Positions 12,374 to 24,389 of a DNA stretch of 64,000 nucleotides are shown piece by piece (positions within the stretch are counted from its first letter, which is position 1; every line of letters begins with the position of its first letter). Both the position numbers and the translations under genes were made by a program. The notes under the pieces were generated by a model. The model worked only from the letters and a program-made list of their open reading frames with translations, was not told where the DNA came from and searched no databases. Source of the stretch: Carcharhinus longimanus (Eukaryota); assembly GCA_030264375.1 (NCBI GenBank), contig JASCQW010000119.1, positions 10,945,896 through 11,009,895 on the forward strand. The letters are read 5' to 3'.

Positions 12374-13185
12374 AAAGAACAAAGAACAAAGAAAATTACT
12401 GCACAGTAACAGGCCCTTTGGCACTCCAAGCCTGCACCGACCATGCCACCTTTATGAACCAAAACCCCCTATCCTTCCAGTGACCATATCCCTCTATTCC
12501 CATCCAATTCATATATTTGTCAAGATTCCCCTTAAAAGTCACTACTGCATCTGTTTCCACTACCTACCCCGGAAGTGAGTTCCAGGCACCCACCATCCTC
12601 TGTATAAAAAAATGTGCCTTGTACATCTCCTTTAAACCTTGCCTCTCACACCTAAAACCTGTGCCTCCTGGTAATTGACTCTTCCACCTTAGGAAAACCT
12701 TCTGACTATGCACTCTGTCCATGCCCTTTGTAATCTTGTAGGCTTCCATCAGATCACCTCCCTCAACCTCTGTCATTCCAGTGAGAACAAACCAAGCTTC
12801 TCCAGCCTCCCCCCACAACCTCATAGCTAATGCCCTCCATACCATGCAAAATCCTAGTAGTCTTTTCTATACTCTCTCCAAAGCCTCCACATCCTTCTGG
12901 TAGTGTAGCAATCAGAATTGAACACTATATTCCAAGTGAGTCCTAATTAAAGTTCTATAAAGCTGCAACATGCCTTGCCAATTTTTAAACTCAATGCCCC
13001 AGTCAATGAAGGCAAGCATGCCACATGCCTTCTTGACTATCTTCTCCACCTGTGTTGCCACTTTCAGTGACCTGTGTACCTATGCATCCAGATCCCTCTG
13101 CCTATCAATACTCTTAACGCTTCTGCCATTTAATGCATATTTGCCATCTGTATTAGACCTTCCAAAATGCATTACCTCACTGGAC
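12374..13185 (-). mobile_element. CR1 LINE 3' fragment (second subfamily)
   Basis: agaacaaagaacaaagaaaatt tail plus RT C-terminal remnants. Confidence 0.9.
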
Positions 13186-13777
13186 TAGTGAGCTAAAGAG
13201 CTTTAATTATCAACCAGTGACCAGACAACCTGAATTCTCCATAGTGACCGGAAGACAAGTAGAGGAGAGATGTTGTTGAGTCCGCATTAAGATCTTAACA
13301 GTCATTTTAACTGGAACTAAGGCTTCAGTGGCTGCTAAAGTCATTACCAAGAACTTTGTTTCTCCCTTTAATCCTTCTGTGGGATGAGGGCATCATTGGC
13401 AAGACCCAGCATGTATTTCGCATCCCTAAACACCATGGCTTGCTAGGCCATATCAGAGGATAGTTAAGAGTCAATCACATTCTGTGGGTCTGGAGTCACA
13501 TATTTTTGATTTAATTTGATTTGATTAGATTTATTATTATCACATACATTAGTACACAGAGAAAAGTATTGTTTCTTGCGCTATACAAAACATACAGTTC
13601 ATAGAGAAGGAAAGGAAAGGGGGCAGAATATAGTGTTACAGTCATAGAACAAGAGTGAAAGATATAATTAGAGGGAACAGTGGATACAGCTCGAAGAAGT
13701 CGCCACGCTCTTGCTATAGGTTAGATCAGCAGTGTTAATGTAAGCCTATTTGTGATACTAATAAATAAACTTTTAAC

Positions 13778-13895
13778 AATTTAGCATGGTCAATGCACCT
13801 AACCAGCATGTCTTTCAGACTGTGGGAGGAAACCGGAGCACTCAGAGAAAACGCACAAAAACGCAGGGAGAAGATGCAGGCTCCACACAGACAGT
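13778..13895 (-). mobile_element. HE1 SINE fragment
   Basis: aatttagcatggtcaatgcacctaacc...ggaaaccggagcac. Confidence 0.8.
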
Positions 13896-13979
13896 GCCCC
13901 TTAGCATCCTAAAGTGAGTGTGTTAGAAAGAATTAATGAGCTAAATATATGGGTTGACAGGGACAAGGTTTGGATGAGG

Positions 13980-14372
13980 GTGCCACGGTGGCACAGTGGT
14001 TAGCATTGCTGCCTCACAGCGCCTGGGACCCAAGTTCGATTCCCGGCTTGGGTCATTGTCTGTGCGGAGTTTGCACATTCTCCCTGTGCCTGCATGGGTT
14101 TCCTCTGGATGCTCCAGTTTCCTTTCACAGTCCAAAGATGTGCGGGTTAGGTGGATTGGCCATGCTAAATTGCCCCTTGCTGTCAGGGAGACCAGCTAGG
14201 GTAAATGTATGAGGTCACGGGAATAGGGCCTGGGTGGGATTGTGGTCGGTGCAGACTCGATGGGCCAAATGACCTCCTTCTGCTCTGTAGGATTGTATGA
14301 TGAGATGCTCTGCTGGAGAATGGGTGCAGAACTGATGGGCTGAATGGCCTCCTTCTGCACTGCAGGGTTTCT
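13980..14372 (+). mobile_element. HE1 SINE with duplicated 3' tail
   Basis: Full head ggtggcacagtggttagc; tail ggtgcagac..atgggc..cctccttctgc present twice. Confidence 0.9.
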
Positions 14373-14899
14373 ATAATAAACACAGAAATACTTCAACTAA
14401 AGCTGCCTAGTCACCAGAACCACCATCAGGCTTCTGAAGATGCAATTCTCGTACCTGGACCAGTCAGCTTGTGCCCTGCACTACACTTCTGCAAAGATCT
14501 CGATCATTATGGAACTCTCCATTGCATGGTCTTCCAAAGGGGTAAGGACCATGAAGTGGATGAAATACAGATTGGCAAACCATCAGGGGTCTTGACTGGG
14601 TGCATGTGAAATTGATGCTTCATCTTAAGAGAGAATCTAGAACCAAGGATTACTGCTTAAGTTTGAGAGAGAGATGAAGAGAAATTATTCCTCATACAGA
14701 GTTTTGAGTCTTTTGAACTTTCTTCCTCAAAAGATGATGGAAGCAGAATCCTTGAATATTTTTAAGGCAGAAGTGGATATAATTTTGATAATTAATGGGG
14801 TAAAATGATATGGGAGTAGGCAGGAATTTTGGGAAATCAGATCAGCCATGATCTTTGTAATGACTTCAGCAAGGTTCATGAGTTGGACCTGTTGGGATG

Positions 14900-16500
14900 T
14901 GAGCTCTCTAACTGAGGTTTGTTAAGGCTGCCCAATCAGGGAGCTCATCAGAGACATATAATTTGGAATGTCCTGGTCACCGGCACTTGTNNNNNNNNNN
15001 NNNNNNNNNNNNNNNNNNNNNNNNNNNNNNNNNNNNNNNNNNNNNNNNNNNNNNNNNNNNNNNNNNNNNNNNNNNNNNNNNNNNNNNNNNCTTTTGTGAA
15101 CCATGGGTCTCTCACTCGGCCAGTTCCTCCCTGCCTGCCAGGGACATATCCATCAAGGATACACAGTGGTTGTTCCTTGAAAAAGCTCCACTTTCCATTT
15201 GTGCCCATACCTGACAGTTTCTGTTCCCATCTTATGCTCCCTAATTCTTGTCTAATCGCATCATAATTACCCCCGCAGCAATTACAAACCTTGATCTGAT
15301 GTATGACCATATCCCTCTTCATTGCAATAATGTAGGACACCGAATTGTGGTCACTATCTCCAAAGTGCTCTCCCACAAACAAATCTAACATTTGGCCCGG
15401 TTCATTACCCAGTACCAAGTCCAATGTGGCCCAACCATTTGTCGCCTTATCCACATACTGTGTCAGGAAACCCTCCTACACACATTGCATAAAAAGTGTC
15501 CCATTCAAACTATTCGAACTGTAAAGGTTCCAAACAATATTTGGAAAGTTAAAGTTACCCATGATAACTACCCTGTGATTCCACGCCTATCCATAACCTG
15601 CTTTGCCATTTCCTCCTCCACATCTCTATTACTATTTGCGGGGGAGGTGGTATAGAAAACTCTTAACAACATGACCGATCCTTTCCTATGTCTAACTTCA
15701 GCGCATATTACCTCAGTAGGCAGATCACCCTCGAAATGCCTTTCAATCGCCGTTAAGCTATCTTTGATTAACAATGCTACTCCTCCATCTCTTTTATCGC
15801 CTTCCCTGCTCTTACTAAAACATCTATACCCCGGAACTGCCAACAACCATTCCTGTCCCTGTCCTAACCATTTCTCCGTAATGACCACAACATCATAATT
15901 CCAAGTACCAATCCACGCTCCAACTTCACCTACCTTATTCCTGATGCCCCTTGCATCCCATTAGATACACTTCAACGCACCATCCTCTCTGCCCTGTACA
16001 CTCCTGCGATCTTGGTACCTTCCTCAGTACCTCAAGACCCTCAACACTGGCTTTTGGACTACGTCTCATTTTCCCAACCCCTGTCAGATTAGTTTAACAC
16101 CACCGTCCCCCCCCCCCACCACCCCACCCCGAAGAGCCATAGCAAATTTCCCTCCTAGGATATTACTGCCCCTCTGGTTCAGACGCAAACTGTCCTGTTT
16201 GTACCAGTCCGACCTTCCCCAAAATGTGTTCCATTATCCAATTAAATGAAACCCTCTCTCCTGCACCATCCCTGCAGTCACATGTTAATCTACACTGTCT
16301 CCCTGTTCCTCAACTTACTAGTACGTGGCACCGGCAACAAACCAAAGATGACAACATTTTTTTTTCCCTGGCTCTCAGCTTCCATGCTACCTCCCTAAAT
16401 TCCTGTTTTAAATCCCCATCCTTTCTTCTACCTACGTCGTTGGTACCGATGTGCACCTCGACCTGCAACTGATTCCCCCTCCCCCTTATGGATCTTAAAT
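14900..16500 (-). mobile_element. CR1 LINE 5' portion (ORF1 esterase + APE endonuclease)
   Basis: LDLVLGNEPGQ..GDSDHNS, ITEKWL..GGVALL, VHIGTNDVG. Confidence 0.9.
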
Positions 16501-19171
16501 TACGTCCCTTTTTATAGTACTGATGACATATTACCATTCCTGAAATTGGATTGGCTTGAAATTGGCAAAAGTAGTAAATACAAAGTTGATTGGTCTTAAT
16601 ACTTGGGTGTTCTATTTAAACTCATAGGCTGTGAGCCAAATGTCTTCTTTAAACTCAAAGGCTATCACAAACAGGAAAATTGACAACACTGATTACCAAG
16701 GCAACCTTGCTGTTTTTGATCTTGAACAAATTTGCCATTTGTGTACTCTGTATCTGCATTTTAAACATTTCAGCATAGAACACAAAACTTTTTTTTAAAG
16801 GGACCCTGGACTGTTTTCTTCCCTCTAATATTTCCTCTTCCAAGACATTGCCTTTGTATGTGAGCATTATCTGTACTCTGGGTTACCAATGCCCATTTGC
16901 CGGCCTTTATTGCATGCAAGAATGCTGTTCCTGCATCGATCATTCACGTCTACAGTCACTGACATGCGGATAATCAAGCCAGTTTTAAATAATTATCTGA
17001 TGTTTTGACATGAACTAACGTTGGAAATCTCATTCGATTCAATTGCCATACCTTATTTTTGCCACCGTGTAAAGCACCTCTTCTGAAGCCTGAGCCGACT
17101 TTGGTCGTTTTATTGACTGAAACTTACTTGCCAATACCCACGAAGTAAGTTCATCTTTGTGCTGTAAGTATCACGTTCTCCTTCTTTCCCCACAATTTTC
17201 CAAGTTTGGATTTGGATATGAGTCGGCTTCAATTATTGTGTTGACCTTCTAATAATCTTCGAACAACCGCGGAGGTTTGGAAACCAGCACGATCAACGAA
17301 CTCTATTCACCTTGTTTGGGTTCTCTAATATTGCATTGTTTCATCGCATTCCCTTGCTTTTGAACCTGCGCTGCAATGAGCGGATTGAGTCGATATGGCT
17401 GTTGTTTTGTCGGAACAGCATGCACTACGTCAACCTCATGTATTAGGGCATCAGTCCTACGTAATCTGCTTTTACATAGGTCCTCACAGCACTGTAACAC
17501 GTTTTTCACCTCAGTGTTCTGATTCTGGGACAGATAATTCACTGTCCGACTCCAGTTTTTAAGGACTTCTTTGTTAATTAATTTGCTTTTAGGTACATCA
17601 AGACCCGTAACACCGGGATTGGATTACTCACATTTTGTATAAGAATGTTCATATCCCATTTAGGGTTGTTTAAATCTGTTAAAACCGTTCAAATACCGTT
17701 CAGATCCTGGACGAGCCCCGTTATTTCACGACACCGAGGTCTCTTTAGCTCCCGTCGTAGTCTGCTTAATTATTCTGGAAGGTGTTGTCTGTTTGTAATT
17801 AACATTTCAAGATTCGTTGAAATAAAGGCATGATACTTTTTCTAAGTGAAGAATTAGCAAGAGATTTTATGCAAATATTCATGAATTTAAACTAAACAAG
17901 TAGCACATTAACTCAAATACGGATAGACTGAAATGCTGGGCGGATAACGCAAGGAAAATCGATTACTTAAAGTAGAAATACAAGGATTACAGGAACTCTC
18001 AAGGAAATGATACAACCAGACTTGATGGAATTAATCATTTCCTGGAGTTCTTCTGTAGTTGTCTATTGGCTGTACACGCTGAAGGAACCTTGACCTTTCA
18101 CTGGTTGGAGGACGAATTATTTTAAGACATATCTGGAACTGGCAGTTAGGAATTAACTGCTGCACAAAATCTAGCAGCTCTTAACTGCCTTTACCGGCCT
18201 CAGGTGACCTGGTCCTGCTTTTCGTTGAACGTGTGTCTCAACTCTCATGGAATTTCCGGTTCAACTCCCCTCAAGGAGTTGCGTTCATTTTTTATAGTCC
18301 TTGTGACCTATTAAAACTCTTGTTGGCTTGACATTGACAACAACGTTAAATTTTGCTGGCTCTTAATAGTTAAGTGTTTTCTTTAAATTCATAAGCTAAG
18401 AACTGAGTGTTTTCTTTAAATGCAAAGCCTAATGCAAATACAAAAAACTGCAGAGCTCGTTAGCAAGGGAACCCTGATGCGTTTGGTCTGAAACAAATGT
18501 TGCCTTTTCTGCACACCATATATCTGCAATTTAAGCATTTCAGCATCAAACACAAAACAACAGTGCTTTTTAGCCAACTCTAACAGATTTTGAATTCATT
18601 TTACATCTTTATACACTTTTTTTTACATTTTTAGAAACTCAGTTTCACAACAAGTCTCATGGGGCCACATAACGGCCACTCATTATCCTTCCTCCTTCCC
18701 TTAACTTTGAGAACGAATTGTGTTTTCAAAAAAAAGTATCGACAGTTTCATGCTCACCATTACTCAACACTATCCAAGGTTACGGGGGAAACGGAACAGA
18801 TTGCAGAAATATTTCATGTTCGTTTGAATAGCTGATGTAATGATAAAGTGGTCTCCTCCCGTATCGTTACAATTCTGTGATTACTGACACTAATTTTCAC
18901 TTTCAAATGTAATTAGCTGAATTGAAGTTGCAGTAGCTGTTTTCATGGGATGCCAAATCCATGGACTTTCTCTTTGAGGTTTGTTTTCTTCATCATTAAT
19001 TCAGCAATATAGCCAATGAAATACCACCACTCTATTGTCCAAGGTTTCTGACAAAACACTTCATCATATTCATTCAGTATCTCTGAATATTTTTAGCTGA
19101 CAGTCATCCAGCTCACAACGCTTTCAATTCCGCGAGTTTCCAGGTGCAAAGGAAGTACAACGTTCTCTCAG

Positions 19172-19207
19172 GAACACAAAAAAAGGTTAATAATTTTACC
19201 CATAAAG
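19172..19207 (+). CDS. 36-nt phase 1-1 microexon (G)TQKKVNNFTHK
   Basis: ttctctcag|...|gtactt. Confidence 0.4.
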
Positions 19208-19329
19208 GTACTTGAACTATTTGTTTCACTGATGGTTCTTACAAATTCCAATTGAAGACACCAGTCTCTTTGCCTATGTCATCTTGCAAACATCGGCCAT
19301 ATTTCAGTATGTATCTCTTCAACTTACAG

Positions 19330-19450
19330 GAAAATTAGTAGATTGCCTCATTGTTGCACGCATTGCGCGTCAATTTCTGTTATACTATTTCTTTGCTGCT
19401 GCTGTTTGTTCCGTTCTTTCGCTGTGCAACAAAAGTATTGAGAACATCAT
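19330..19450 (+). pseudogene. TM-like exon remnant (FLLYYFFAAAVCSVLSL)
   Basis: ttacag acceptor, open in phase 1, hydrophobic stretch. Confidence 0.35.
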
Positions 19451-19609
19451 TGTAATTGTCGCTAATAAAAGGAAGACTTTTAACCACATTGCAGTTGTGA
19501 GCACTCTTTTGCAATACAGGAAATATTTAATTATTACGAAACTCAGTGAATAATAAGTAGCAACTAGTTCTAAATTTTGTGCATAAAATGATTCCCAGAA
19601 AGAGGGAAT

Positions 19610-20690
19610 GGTGTCTCAGAAGACATACGAAGTTTGAATGCTACACGGAAAATAAATTGATAAAGAGGAATTAGTTGCTGAATAACTGGGGAAGGGTGAC
19701 ACATCCAATGGTAACGGCAAGATTGGAAAGTATAGATGGATAAGCCATAAACTTTGCAACCTCATTAGAAACAAGGGCACTAATGAGAACTGGACAACTG
19801 CATATGTTACACCCTTGACCCAAAACGGTGCAAGCATAACATCAGCCAATGCAGCCGTACCTATTTAATTTTTGTGGTCGGTTTGTTCCTTTTGCAATGA
19901 TAATAAGGCATCAATTGGCATTTCCTTCAACAAAAGGGAAACTTGAAGAAACTCTGCACCGCCTTGGAGGATAAAGTGTGCCCTACTGAATTAGTTGACT
20001 ATTGTCATGAATGAGCAGGGATTGATTATGTCAATGCATTTCTGTTCTCATCATGAACCTGAGAAATAAAATTTGACGTAATGACAGATAACAGATTTAT
20101 CTAGCACCATATAGTCCATTGAATGATGGAAAATATAACAGGGTAAACGTGATAAAATGTACTGACAAAAATCAGATAATTGATGAAGAGTTATTTTTGT
20201 TTTCTATCTGGATGAAGGGGTATACACAACATCTAAGACGTTGGAATATGATTGGAGCTTTTCCTCGAATATTTAGAAGTGAATGATCTGTTCTTTGGCG
20301 TGGCACCAGTTAATATTTTAAACTGTGTAGGGGTGGTGGGGGTCGTATTAATGGTAGCTTCCAGAGGACATAGGTGGATTACTTGTCAACAAGGCCGAAT
20401 AGATTAACGTTTTCAGAAAAAGAGAAGAGTTCTATGTAAAACAAAGGGTGCATTTATAAGGAGTAGAGGGAGTTCGTGTTGAGCTTAGATAACTGAATGT
20501 GGGAGGAGATCCCCACATTCTGATAAAGAATGCAATAAAATATTCGTGATGAAGGGCAAACATTTCACAAAACGTTATTTTTGGCCTCAACGAGAAAACA
20601 GTCTCTAGTAACAGGATGATGTTGCCTTAGGAAGGATAAAAAGACATTATGTAGGGTGACGAAAAAATAACAAAAGATCAGTTTCAGGGA
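19610..20690 (+). mobile_element. Old degenerate CR1 RT fragment
   Basis: NWTTAYVTPL motif and downstream RT remnants. Confidence 0.6.
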
Positions 20691-20699
20691 GGAAACTTA

Positions 20700-20945
20700 T
20701 TTATTAATGTCACAGCTAGGTTCAAATTAACACAGCAAGGAAGTTATTGTGAAAATCCCCAAGTCGTCACACNNNNNNNNNNNNNNNNNNNNNNNNNNNN
20801 NNNNNNNNNNNNNNNNNNNNNNNNNNNNNNNNNNNNNNNNNNNNNNNNNACATCTTTTAAACTGTGCAATGAAACCATAGCAACTGAAGGAACACGGCGC
20901 AGGTACGGAGAGAATGTGTAGAATTGGCATAGACAGTGACCCAAC
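20700..20945 (-). mobile_element. SINE fragment (gap-containing)
   Basis: ttattaatgtcaca..gtgaaaatcccc tail; cacggcgcaggtacggagagaatgtg. Confidence 0.75.
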
Positions 20946-21143
20946 TTCCTCCATGCTACTTGGTTCTATGCTTCCATATTTGCAACCTTGGCTGAAATTT
21001 AAATATAATCAATTGGCCACTGCGAGTGTTGTTTTGCCCTGAGTTCGTAAAATGTATGTGACAAATTTATCCTCTAATTTTCATAATTGCATGTTGCTAA
21101 AACATTCCTTTAATGCAATCATTGGCTTTCTCCATGGTTTTAG

Positions 21144-21179
21144 AACTGGACCAAATGAAAGAAGTTCTGAAACGTGCAG
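21144..21179 (+). CDS. 36-nt phase 1-1 microexon (E)LDQMKEVLKRA, family C
   Basis: ggttttag|...|gtgtgt. Confidence 0.7.
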
Positions 21180-21489
21180 GTGTGTCTCAAAATAAAAGCC
21201 ATTTTTTTGCTTCCAAATTGATGTCTATCCTTCCTTTATATCTATTGTATTCACATGAAATACAGTTTTCAATTCATTAACTCCATTAGGCATTGTTATC
21301 GTGTTTTAACTTATTGCCCACCTCAATGTAATCTCTATATTATGTAAATTGATGAATACAAAGCAAGAAGCGAAGCTGTCGGAAGGACAAAATTAAACAG
21401 TTTGTTCACACTCCTCTAACCCTACCATTAGTTTGGAGTGATTAATTTTAAATTTATTTGTATACCACTGAGAAACACATTGGTCCTCC

Positions 21490-21890
21490 TCATGTGGCCA
21501 CGGTGCCACATTTTTACAACTCAAAGCGCCAGGCATGTGATTTCAATTCTGGCCTTGGGTGGCTGTCTGTATGGAGTTTGTATGTTCTCCCGCTGGCTCT
21601 GTTGGGTTTCCGTGGAGTGCTCCGGTTTCTATCCACAATCCAAACATGTGCATGTTAGATGGACTGGCCATCGTAAATTATTTCATATTTTCCAAAGGTG
21701 TATAGGTTAGGTGGATTAATCATGACACATCTGGAATTATTGGGACAGATTTATGAGAGCGAGAGAGTTGCGTAAGGGAGTGCTGGAAGGGAAGAGGGTG
21801 TGAGTTAAGTGGGCTTGGATCGGATGCTGTGTCGGAGAGTCGGCACAAACACGATGGGCCGAATGACATAGTTCCGCATTGTAGGAATTA
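21490..21890 (+). mobile_element. Degenerate HE1 SINE
   Basis: Head, core and tail recognisable. Confidence 0.85.
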
Positions 21891-22036
21891 GAAGGCCCTA
21901 CTGTATCTGGCAAGTGCAAAATTTCCTGCTAGTCTGGCTCCCTTGAATTTGTCGTAATATACCTGATTTCTTTTCCACTATTGGATACTTTGCAACAACC
22001 AATCAGCTCTAAAATCATTTACACAGCACTGCTAAG

Positions 22037-22300
22037 ATGCATTGAGTTTTGCATCGGATATTTCACAAATCGATAGCGGGCCGGATAAAGGACAGAGTTA
22101 ATCAGTGTAACACCTGATAATGCGATTCAGTGGCTTTCCCACAGTGCAGATCATGCTTAGTGCAGTGGACGTCAGTGGAAGTGAATCACGGACGACCTTT
22201 CTTTCAGGCTGCGATGCTGCAGGTTGTGTCGTTCTATGCGAAGTTGATTAGAACCTTATAAACGTATAGGCATTGATAATTTCCAGGTCCTCAAAGTTGA
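22037..22300 (+). pseudogene. Degenerate IgC-like exon
   Basis: HLIMRFSGFPTVQIM ... DAAGCVVL. Confidence 0.3.
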
Positions 22301-22341
22301 CTCTCCCCCTCCAAACTACTCGTCTGACCTTATCATCATAG

Positions 22342-22368
22342 CTCAAAGACTGGATTACAAGGAAAAAG
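22342..22368 (+). CDS. 27-nt phase 1-1 microexon (A)QRLDYKEK, family A
   Basis: catcatag|...|gtaaga. Confidence 0.7.
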
Positions 22369-22752
22369 GTAAGAAATGCATCAGCCGTTATTCTCCATGA
22401 TATTAGGTGTGGTTGAATTGATCTCGATACCAGGGCTGCATGGGTGACAAAGGGAAACCATCAAATCGTGATACTGACTGAGACAATTTGTAGCCAAAGA
22501 ACAAAATAAATCAATATTTTCGAATGATTGAAGTCAAGCTCCACACCATTTTATGCATCCGATATATTTTGAATCAAAAATACAATAATAATTCCAGCTT
22601 TATAAAATTTCGCTCGAAAGTGTGTCTCTGTACGTGCGAAGGGAACTATGCTAAGGGAGAGAAATTCCCGAAGTGGAATGAATATTTTTCGATGGCAATG
22701 AAAATAGTGAGATGACATTGTTTAGTCCAACATCTATGTCAAATCCTTACAG

Positions 22753-23045
22753 GCGAAGCAATGGCTAGATTTCAACGCTCGTTCTGTGCCAAGCAGGCGA
22801 ATTATGCGTACATTGTACCACATGTCCATAGCAGTCTGGCACAGGTTAAGGCTTTAGATCAATGATAGGGTTCACACCGATCGACACAAACCTTGAGAGA
22901 AAACGAATCACACACATTTTCTCTCAGGATTTTATATTGTTTTGAATTACGATTAAAACTTCGTACTTATAGTAAGGTAGACGATATTTTCCTCGTGATC
23001 GCAGGGAGATGGCAAGGAGGCTGAGTCATTAAGCGCATCGAACAT
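22753..23045 (+). pseudogene. Degenerate IgV-like exon
   Basis: ccttacag acceptor; AVWHRL..DRVHTDR, HIFSQD, GRRYF, DGKEAE. Confidence 0.4.
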
Positions 23046-23201
23046 GCTGTTCCATTTTATTTGATCATGAGTGACTGGTGGCTTTAATCCATATAGAGGT
23101 CCGTAAAAATCTTAAAAATGACGAATAACATGGCTATGAATTTCAGTTGTAAATTTAACAGATGATGTATTGTATTTTGCATTTGATGAATATAGTTTTA
23201 G

Positions 23202-23480
23202 AAACCAGTTGTCCCGTTCGTTAAGAATTGTTTCATCCTTCGATGAAAATCATAAAACGTCGAGAAAGCTGTGCTGGCCGCCATCAGTTCTGGAATATGC
23301 ATCATCATTTGGTTTCTGCCCTATTTAAAATACAAGCAGACTTTTGTACAGATGAAAAAAAAGGTCTATTCCCATTGTATTTTCATCCTCGGCATATGAA
23401 AGCCAGTCTTCTCAACGCCATTTTGAAAGTTTTCTGCAAGATTTAATTGGCAACCTGCATCTATAGTCACAATAGCCTGT
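23202..23480 (+). pseudogene. Degenerate BTN-type IgC exon
   Basis: RESCAGRHQFW ... TDEKKGLF in one frame (ORF 23228-23446). Confidence 0.5.
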
Positions 23481-23644
23481 TTTACCAAGTTTTGAATTTG
23501 CAACTAGCTCACGATTTTGCAGGGCATTGATAGTGGCAGCGGCAATCATTATATGAGACGCAATCTTTCATTCTCTGCCACTTTATAATTCTACGTCTAT
23601 TCATGTGCCCCATATATGCATATTGATAATAGTATTTTTTTTAG

Positions 23645-23671
23645 CTAATTGGGAATGGAGGCGTCCAAGAA
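23645..23671 (+). pseudogene. 27-nt microexon (A)NWEWRRPR, donor mutated
   Basis: Strong acceptor; ga instead of gt; WRR as in BTN tail exons. Confidence 0.35.
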
Positions 23672-23830
23672 GACTGAACAAAACGCACGTTTTTTTTTTC
23701 TTCCGCCCCTTCACCTATTCTAATAATCACTTGACTGCTAAGTGTGTTTGTCTGCTTTAAAATCCGTGGTCTAGGGCAGTGTGTGCTCTACCTTAAAGAA
23801 ACGTTTAACATGTGTTTTAACATGCTTTAG

Positions 23831-23857
23831 AATTGGATGATCTTCGGCAGAAGTGCA
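23831..23857 (+). CDS. 27-nt phase 1-1 microexon (E)LDDLRQKC, family B
   Basis: ctttag|...|gtaagtagca (same donor flank as the 1626 copy). Confidence 0.75.
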
Positions 23858-24039
23858 GTAAGTAGCAAATGATTTACCCTATCACTCTCGGCATGAAATT
23901 ATTAAGTATTAGCTCAACATCAATTGTCATGTTTATCGTCAAGGTACCTTTCAGGCTATTTGAATATACAAATGAAAGAAGACGTGATTATCACTTCAGT
24001 TGTTTTTTTTTAACGTGGTCTTTGTTGAATTTATGAGAA

Positions 24040-24385
24040 AACATAGACCCTGATGTCCCATAATGCGCTGGCATACCAGTAAGGGAAGCCAGATGGAACT
24101 TACAATACAAAGCATCTTCATCCCCTTTACACGAAATGTTCGTTTAGCAGAATACTCTTTCTATGGGCAAAACATGATAGATTTCTTCAAAAATAAAAAT
24201 GTTCCTCATCTTCAATGTAATGGGGACTCCCAGGAGGCTTTCTCGACTTCGATGAGTTATGGCCAACTTCTGGGGCTTTCACTACACAGTGTTCATCAGG
24301 TCATGATGCCTATTTAGGACTTGCAATTTAATTTGTATTTATTTCTAAACACGACCGTGAGCCAACTTCAACTTCAGCTTAACTG
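24040..24385 (+). pseudogene. Degenerate IgV-like exon
   Basis: SIFIP..LAEYSFYGQ ... LSLHSV ... LQLQL. Confidence 0.3.
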
Positions 24386-24389
24386 GTCT

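Larger units (their letters stand above)
11240..18700 (-). mobile_element. Internally deleted Gypsy (Gmr1-like) LTR element with nested insertions
   Basis: Two related LTRs (11240-16800, split; 17727-18680), pol remnant HEVDVVHAVPTKQQPYRLNP at 17303-17542, tRNA-Pro-like PBS at 17704-17720. Confidence 0.75.

Noticed and set aside
13980-14055. tRNA gene
   Set aside because: It is the tRNA-derived head of an HE1 SINE, followed by the SINE core and tail.
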